A stretch of 55,677 bases of DNA, filler included, from Basidiobolus ranarum (Eukaryota), in assembly GCA_040143965.1 (NCBI GenBank). It is 5 parts of 5 records of this genome, joined end to end, with 100 filler letters (N's around TTAATTAATTAA, not from the genome) between each part and the next. Parts side by side here need not be neighbours in the genome. Positions count along the whole stretch, not along the records: positions 44,640 to 55,677 come from JASJQH010000644.1; 4 more parts are not named here. One strand, given 5' to 3'. Positions 47,963 to 55,677 of the stretch are shown here, one piece after another; within the stretch, counting starts at the first letter, position 1; each line of letters begins with the position of its first letter. The position numbers were made by a program, and so were the translations under genes. The notes below the pieces were generated by a model. The model had not been told where the DNA came from, did not search any database, and was given only the letters and a program-made list of their open reading frames with translations.

Positions 47963-50900
47963 TGTGTGACTAGCAACTCATGATTTAGTAGTTAGTATAT
48001 TAATAATGTATTTATTGGATACTCATACCTGATGTGCAAAAGTGTTAGCCAATTTTTGGAACTTTCTCAGAACTTATATGTAACACCTTAAATTTCATTT
48101 TTACTTTACCAGCATGTTTGTTATAAATTAAACAACTACTAGAATGCTATTTTAAAGTAAACCATGAATAAGCCTTATTCAATTCAAGAAATCATGGATG
48201 TCTGACCCACAAATCCAAATTTGATCCAAAAAACCACTGAATCCTTCAAACACTTTGATCAGTTTATCATCCTGAAGATAGCTGTCAGAGGAATGTTCAC
48301 CAGCACTATTTCTAGCTTATTTACACTAACAAAGAAGTTGGATGGAGAAGATTTACATCTTTAAAGTTCAAGATGAAATGGTGCTACAAGACCCAGATCT
48401 TTGGGGATTTGTTACAGCGGAAGAAATAGAGCCATAAGGATCACCAGAAGCAATCCATGCCTTCCACAAGAAGCGGTGGAAAGCCTCTCTACACTTTGAC
48501 TATGTCTTAGAGACTCCCAATTAAGACACATACAATATGTCAACTCTTTCCAAAATGCTAGGAAAACACTGGAGAGACTACATGAGACTGAATTTATAGC
48601 TGACAAGTTATATCTCTGATGAATATGAATTTCAATTTTGATAAATTCTGGTCTTCTAAGGCTAATCATAAAAATAGGATAAAAGCAATGGCAGGTCTGC
48701 TCTCATTCATTTGAGCACCTCTAAATGAATATGAATTGTTCATGAGCTAAAATCAGAAAACCCAAATGAATTAAGCATCAATAGGGATCATATGTTTGTA
48801 TCTGCACTATCACTAACCACTAAGGAAGACTTAAAATTTGATACATTGAGTCAGGAGCTTCCAAACATTTTTCAAACCAAAAACATTGTTTCCCACTCAA
48901 AGCCAAGCCAAAAAGGAAGTGTTTATTTGGGAGATGAGTATGCTTTGAATGTAGTTGGTAATGCCACAGATGTACTTGACTCAGACCAATCTTTAGCTAC
49001 ACTATCTGCAATATTAGATGATTTATCCTTGCTATCTACCATGTTCAAGAATCTGCTATTAGTGTGCTGTGTCACTGAGCAAAGGTTAAGGCTTGTGTTC
49101 TGCAAAGCTGGATGCACTACTACAGATCAGAAAAACACCAAGTTTGGTGCTGGGATCAAAACTCCAGATATATACAAGCTATAAGTTAACAAAATGGTTT
49201 CAGAGCATGATAACTTGGCTAATACTGATAAAACAGCTGTCAAATGTTGCATGGATGAATAGGTCACATTGGGAAATCAGAAACAGTTGCAAATGAACCA
49301 AGGTTGGCTTGTTTCAGGCTAAAAATTTGTGAATATCACTAAACTGGTTCAAAGAATATGTTGCATATTTGGAATATTTCACAGACTGCAGTTTTCAAGC
49401 TCAGGAGAAACCAAGTCTACTCAGGATTTTCCATGCAGACATTCAGACCTATTGGGGCTAATTAAGAATATCTAACTGGGTGGCAAATGGTACTTTATGC
49501 CCTTGATTGCTGATTAAGCAAGTAATACTTGGGTTTTATTTCTCAATTCAAAGTCTGAAGCTTTTGGTACATTCAAGCATTACCAAAAAAAGAGTACTTT
49601 TGAGTGATAATGGTGAAAAATTGTTCTCTAAGCACTTATCATGTTGTTATTTTTAGCAAGAAATTAAGCAAGAAACTTCTGTATCTTATACAGTACCAGG
49701 AAATGGAGTGGCAAAATACAATTATAGGCCTAATTGAAGATGGCAACTCCAATGTTATATGATTAAAAGCTAGATTACTACTATTGGACTTATTCTGGTG
49801 CTATTGCAGTCAACAAGAAAGCCAACAGGTTCCAAATGGATCTATGAAGTGGAAAATCAAGTTGATGGAACCTAAGAAAGATACAAAGTAAGTTAGCTGA
49901 AAATGCTATTCACAGACTGTGGGAGTTGATTTAAATGGAATGAAAGCTCCAGTAGCAGAGGTTAACTATATTAGAACACTCCAGGGACTCATTGCCATAC
50001 AGATTCTTGATTTACATCCAATACAAATCAGATTATCAAACTGATCTCAGAAGACTGATCAGGTGGAGATAAGTCATTTCTAGATAACCAAATTGGGATA
50101 TATCCAACCACAAAATCATGTTGAGTCAGCCTAGATACATCAAATGCATTCCAAAGAACTTTGACATGGAGAATAGCAAGCTTGTATCAACACACATGGA
50201 TCCCATGTAAATGTAATCAAAATCCTTTCCCATTTGGCCAAAAATGCCTCTAATCAAAGCCAGGAGTTCCCCAATCCATCCATGATGGATAGTTAAACAT
50301 AGAGGTTTGCTTCAACACACCCAGATATTGCTGTGGCAGTGGTAACCCTTGACCAATATCTGAATAATCCTGGATCTGAGCAAAACAATTCAGTAACACA
50401 AATATTGTGATACTTGGGAGGAATTGCAGATCTAATTATGGAACACTCTGGTGCACCTGACACACAAATGCCACATGCCACAGTGATGCAGGCTGTAAAT
50501 AAAACCTTGATGATAGAAGATTTACCACTGGGCATACTCTTTCTATAGTCGTGATGCCCTTATTTGAAAAAGCAAGAAACAATCAATCATAGCACTTTCC
50601 ATTAGAGAGGCTGAATATATATTTGCCACTGAAACTTCACAGGAAGCTATGTATTTAAGGAGGCTATATACTGACTAATTATTTATGTCAAATATGCTCT
50701 TGCCGTGTTAGATAATAAACACACTTGTATTTGATTATTGAGAAATCTTACATTTTGTGCCATAACAGAACATTTAAATTTCAGGCATTGTTTTGTTGGC
50801 TACAGTGATGCAGACTGGGGAAGAAGCTTTGATAATAGAAGATTTTAAAATAGCCATAAGTAACCAATGATGGAACTGTCCACTATAGATGCAGAGCATA

Positions 50901-51711
50901 TTGCTGCATAATGATGATACAAGCTCAACAACTGTGAACACTTTCTCTACAGTTATGGTGCCATTACTTGAAGCAGCAAGAAGCAACTAACCATAGCACT
51001 TTCCACCAGATAAGCCAAGTATATAGTTGCCTCTGCAACTACACAAGAAGCTATGTGCTTAAGGAGGCTATTTACTCACTTATGACATGTTTCAAAACAT
51101 GCTATTGCCATATTTGAAGATAATCAGAGTTATATTGCATTATTGAGAAACCCTACATTTCATGTTATATCAGAACATTTAGATCTTTGACATCATTTTA
51201 TCAAGGAAGCAATAATGAGTGACAATCTTGTACTTGTGCAGCACCATGTCAAAGAAATGATTGCTGATATCTTGACCACACCTCCAGTTAAGGCACATTT
51301 TAAATTTTGAAGAGTTGATTTAAGCTCAGGAGAACTACAAACTAAGCAGTTGAGAGGGAATGTCAAAATTTGGTAAATAGCAACTCATTACTTGGTGGTT
51401 AGTTTCTTCATATGACTATTATTTGGCTCTCAATTTTAACATTCAAAAGCATGTGTCTATTGGTAGAATTGACAGATATATCAATCAGTTCACTTTGACC
51501 AATTTTCAACATTTTCTTAAAACATCTCCAATTCTCCTCATATTCACATCCATGCTTAACAGGCATGTTTGTTATGACCTAAACCCTACCAGTAGTATTA
51601 TCTCAGGGTATTCTACAAACACACTATATTTAAGTCAATATATCTTCAGTGTGTAATTCGTCAACTCAAATCTTTTCCTAAACAGTTGCAAAGCCTTCCA
51701 TGCTTTTATCA
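47963..51711 (+). mobile_element. Heavily decayed, internally deleted Copia element: 5' LTR remnant to 48261, gag-PR-IN-RT-reiterated RNase H, PPT, 3' LTR 51361-51711
   Basis: Colinear with 15058-18550. PPT AGTTGAGAGGGAA lies directly before TGTCAAAATTTGGTAAATAGC, and the LTR ends TTTTATCA. Confidence 0.85.
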
Positions 51712-52560
51712 AAGGGTGTAACCAGTAGTTGGTAATGTTTTTTCAGGTTGCTTCCCCAGCCTGCATTGTTGAAGCCTTCAAAATTCTTTTCATCTGTCTA
51801 TGACTTGAGTCATTTGGGGGCCAATTCAACCAAAGCTGAGTGAATTTTACATTGGGATCAATTAGTGTGGATGCTGTGTGCCACTCTCTATGTTGAAGCT
51901 GTATACAATATCTAGGTTGAGTCCATACTGAATCTAATTTCATTTTTAATTGTTGATTTGAAATCCAGTGACATAATATGCATTCTTGAAATTTCAGTGA
52001 GTCCAATAGGTATTTACCTTGTCACAGTGCAATCTAGGTGCTTACTTGAGAACATAGACAATTTTTTGCAGCTTTCAGACCATATCAGGGTGCTGTGGGC
52101 TAACAAATCACTTCAGTGTCTCCATATAGAACTCCACTTCTAGATTTGCATACGGAAAATCTGTTGTTGCATACATCTGATACAAATCAAGATTATGGAT
52201 TCTGATAGTGCCAGTGTCAATTGAATAGAGCTGAACTAAGCTAATGGATTGAAAGTCTCATACAAACCAACTCCTGTACTGTAATATACCCTTTTATAAC
52301 TGATCTTGCTCCACTACTTTCTGTGATTGCATCAGCTTGGTTTATCACTCTGTTGACCTTTTTACAACCTATTGGCTTTCTTGTTGATATCAGAAGACTT
52401 AAAACTCCCATTGGTTGTTTTCAGGTGAAAAACTGATCAAACTTGGCTTTTTCCCAAGGTTTGGATTTTGGCCTATATAGGTATTGATACTGAGTTTGTG
52501 ATGTGTTACCAGATACTGCACAAGCATAGATTTAATCATGGGAAGCTTTACAAACATATC
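51712..52560 (-). mobile_element. Inverted Copia RT/RNase H remnant
   Basis: Minus-strand fragments RKPIGCK, ASTLIDPNVK and FEGFNNAGWGSNL (cf. GYSDADW). Confidence 0.7.
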
Positions 52561-52664
52561 TGGGTTTACTTCTTTTAGATGATCTTTTAGGACATGATAT
52601 GTCCTCTGATATTAGATAGGACAAACATATGGTTGAGTTAGGCTTAAAATATTAGATTGTGCTT

Positions 52665-52941
52665 TGTTGGTTAGACATATTGATTGTTCTTACTTTTCAC
52701 CTCAGCTTAGTAATAGGGTTACCCTAACAACATCATCTAATTGCTATATGTAATCAATTCAATCAGCATGTTTATTGGAGCTACATTTAGATTTGATTAG
52801 ACCATATGCATGGTCAAATGCTGAGCTATTATACTGAGTATCAGCCACTATCAATCTATAGGATATTAGTTAGTGATCATATTATGAGTCATATGCCCAT
52901 CTGATCATGAAAATGTAGTAAATATCAGACATCACCCAACA
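52665..52941. repeat. Candidate solo LTR of a further family
   Basis: Begins TGTTGG, ends CCAACA, 277 bp and CpG-free. There is no TSD and no second copy in the window. Confidence 0.4.
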
Positions 52942-53219
52942 TTGAATTAACCAGTTCTATTTGCAGTAATATTCCAATTCTATAGGATGACTTCCCCAAG
53001 AAGGCTGACTCTGATGCATTAACTATGCATATCAACAAAATAAAGGCCATGGTGCTGAAGCAGGCTATTTTAGGAAAAACATTGTAAAAATTGACTTCAG
53101 CTATGCATTGTTCAATTTTCTACCACCAAGCTACTTGGTGATCATTGAAAATGTGGAGACTGTTGATGAGGTACTATAAACCAAGTTAGAAGAAACTGCT
53201 AGAAGGTGCCACTGGATAT

Positions 53220-53570
53220 TGTTAAAAGTGTTTTGGGGACTTGGAAGTATTATGGACAAGATCTGGATATATGAATTAGATGCCTAAGTTTTATTGACTT
53301 GAATACTTCCTGTTTTTAGTTTGCTATGAAATAGCACTACTGGAGGTGCTTTGATCATAACAAACATGCCTGTTAAGCATGGGTTAAAATTGAGATGATT
53401 TAGAGAAGCTTTGAGAAAATAGTGAAAATTGGTAAAAGTTATCTAATTGATATTTGCATCAATTAGAGCAATAAACAAATGTTTTTGAATGGTAGAAATG
53501 AGTACTAAATAATCCAAATATGAATAAACTAACTACTAAATAATGAGTTGCTATTTACCTAATTTCAACA
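53220..53570 (-). repeat. Solo LTR family A
   Basis: The minus strand reads TGTTGAAATTAGGTAAATAGCAACTC...CACTTTTAACA and is colinear with 16547-16897. Confidence 0.9.
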
Positions 53571-53689
53571 AATCTTTTGCTAGATGTCTTAATGTTTAAT
53601 ACATTTTAGAAACCCATTGGTATTATATAACAAAGGATGCACAACAAATATCACATTATTACAACATAAATTGTTGCCAAAATATAGTA

Positions 53690-53920
53690 AACGGAATAGT
53701 ATGGAATAAAAATTGGGATAGGAATTAATAAAAATGAAAATTGTAACCCATTTTTTTTGCTTATAATAGAATGCGAAATAGAGATAAAAATTAAATTTTT
53801 TGTACAGTAAAATGGGAAATAGAGAAGAGAAAACCTATTTTTTATGGGGGAAAATGGTAAAATGGGAAATAGGGAAGGAAAAACCATATATTTTTATGGG
53901 GAAAAAAATGGTACACCTAA
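53690..53920. repeat. AT-rich tract with reiterated AAAATGGGAAATAG / TTTTTATGGGG motifs
   Basis: The motifs recur at ~53710, ~53810, ~53860 and ~53895, with a strong purine strand bias. Confidence 0.55.
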
Positions 53921-53959
53921 ATATAATTAAATAATCCTATAAATATATAAAATAGTTAT

Positions 53960-54420
53960 AGCATCAACAAGTCTGCCCAAGTCAGATGCATTACAATACC
54001 CAAGATCTATACATTCACTGCTTTTGGGCTCCAACTCAGAGCATATTCAAGCTAGAATTAGGCAATATGCAGTGCAACCAAAGATGCTGAGATGCTCTAC
54101 ACCTAGTTCTGATCCATAATGGAGTAGAATTTTGTAGTTATCATGCTGGGCATCTGTTATTGTTATAAACTGCAGTGGACACAGATTCAGCTCAATAGTG
54201 GTAATCTAAACTTTGATCATGTACCTTAAGTCTTGCTGCCTTCACTATGCTGCCATTAGCTTGTTCTGCAACTCCATCTTGCTGTGGAGTCAAAGGTACA
54301 GTAGTTTGCTGCCTATTCCATGTCTGGTGCAAAACCAGCAAAGTTTTTGGAACATTATTCTGCATCATTATTTCTCCTTAGTACTGCTATTTTTTTGGCT
54401 GATTCATTCTCTACCATTGC
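53960..54420 (-). mobile_element. Inverted Copia integrase remnant
   Basis: The minus strand reads TPQQDGVAEQAN..., AESVSTAVY..NRCP and VEHLSIFGCTAYCLI...LEPKSSECIDLGY. Confidence 0.8.
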
Positions 54421-54429
54421 TTTCTAGAG

Positions 54430-55075
54430 CTTGAATATAGCTAAGGACACTGCATTAATTGCAATATTTTGGGTTTATTGCTTGACATGGCCTGTACAGC
54501 GACTTTGTAGTTTTTACTTTTGATTGCAAACAATTCATTATGGTGCTCTGCATGTGACTCCCTTGTTGTAATAACTCTATTCAAAATATCTACACAGGGG
54601 TGTTCAACAATTTGCAAAGTAGATATTTTGTAAGTTGAAGGTCTTGACAGTTTTCTGTTGAGCTTTGCTCCACTATTGATTTGCTATATAAGGAGTTTGT
54701 AATCTCTTAACTTGCACTATTGCCAGAAAGGAACATGTCTGGCAATTAGATTAATCCTTCATCATTACTTTATTTAGTTTCCAGCTTGTCAATGCCTTCC
54801 AAAGTGGATTGGGGATAGCTAGACTGTGCATCAATCAAGAACTCTATTCTTGCTGGGTCTCTCCCTTCCTCCTTGCAGGCTTTTGCTTGAAAGGTAATTT
54901 TAATTCAGATTTTGATCACTTTCTCAATGGTAATAATATATTCAGATGGTAAACTGGTACAGTAAACAGATCAGAAACAACTGATAATGAATCAAAATTG
55001 CAATCCACTACTGGAAATATCTTGTTAACCCCCCCCAATGACTCATTGGTGATACCATCTCAGAACCAGCTGTTG
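54430..55075 (-). repeat. Unclassified dispersed repeat with decayed coding potential (copy 2)
   Basis: Homologous to 19240-19830 (see that entry). Confidence 0.7.
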
Positions 55076-55677
55076 ATATTGATGTGATATATCTACAATA
55101 CTACCTTTATGTAGTAGATGTTTCTCATGCTGCAACACAAACATTTAAAGAAGCCCTGCTTTTATTATCACCAATTCTTGCACTATGAGAACTGCAGGCT
55201 TCATAAAGAAGATAATTACAAGCTTGTTTACTTTACAAAGTCACCAGCTGCACAAATCCTGGTGAATATCAACAGTAATAAGTGCACAAAATTGACTTTA
55301 GTTTTGCCACTGAGTCCACTGGTGGTACTTTGCCTCAAAGTATAGGTAATAGTGCTGAAAGTCAAGTTACCATGGAGTTACCACAGATATATGCCCAGAA
55401 AGATGTGGGTAGAAATGCAACTTTGGTCAAACCAGTAAGTCCAGAAAACTTTGAGGACTTGCTGCTAGCTATTAACCCTAACAGAAATTTGAGGATTGTT
55501 ATCGTAGGAAAACCGTCACAATTTTAATCCATTTGGGGTTGACCGTTTGCTTACCGCCATAAAATTGTCAAGTTAGATTTGATTTTAATCAATTTTTTCA
55601 GTTTCAGGAGTGAAATTTCAAGATCTTGCAAAATAGTTGCAAATGATTGGCTAAAATCTCAGAGAACTATGGATCAA

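Overview
This is AT-rich eukaryotic DNA with short GT-AG introns. The gene set and style point to an early-diverging fungus (Zoopagomycota/Mucoromycota-like, possibly Basidiobolus; inference only). The window is not one locus. It is five unrelated contigs of about 11 kb in descending size order, joined by artificial 100-nt N44-TTAATTAATTAA-N44 linkers. Contigs 1, 3 and 4 are mostly ordinary host genes: an OPT transporter, CIA30, a receiver-domain C-terminus, an arrestin, UTP5, a Kre9-like GPI protein, a PDR ABC fragment, UBI-RPL40, RRG9, DPB2, a GATA/PHD protein, EMP24 and NOP1. Contigs 2 and 5 are CpG-depleted graveyards of nested, decayed Ty1/Copia elements. Four elements stand out that the ORF track does not reveal. 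(1) An intron-containing Fanzor (eukaryotic TnpB-like RNA-guided nuclease) C-terminal remnant at 1773-2361, with a candidate omega-RNA/right end. (2) A 282-bp solo-LTR-like element with a 5-bp TSD that carries a full tRNA-like Pol III cassette (18868-19149). (3) An intronless, compact, highly divergent RNA polymerase beta-type (Rpb2-like) remnant beside an intronless class-3 lipase remnant (44.9-46.8 kb), suggesting a decayed endogenous giant-virus or linear-plasmid insertion. (4) A Harbinger-type transposase relic at 20870-21352. All calls come from reading and translating the sequence by eye; no searches were run.
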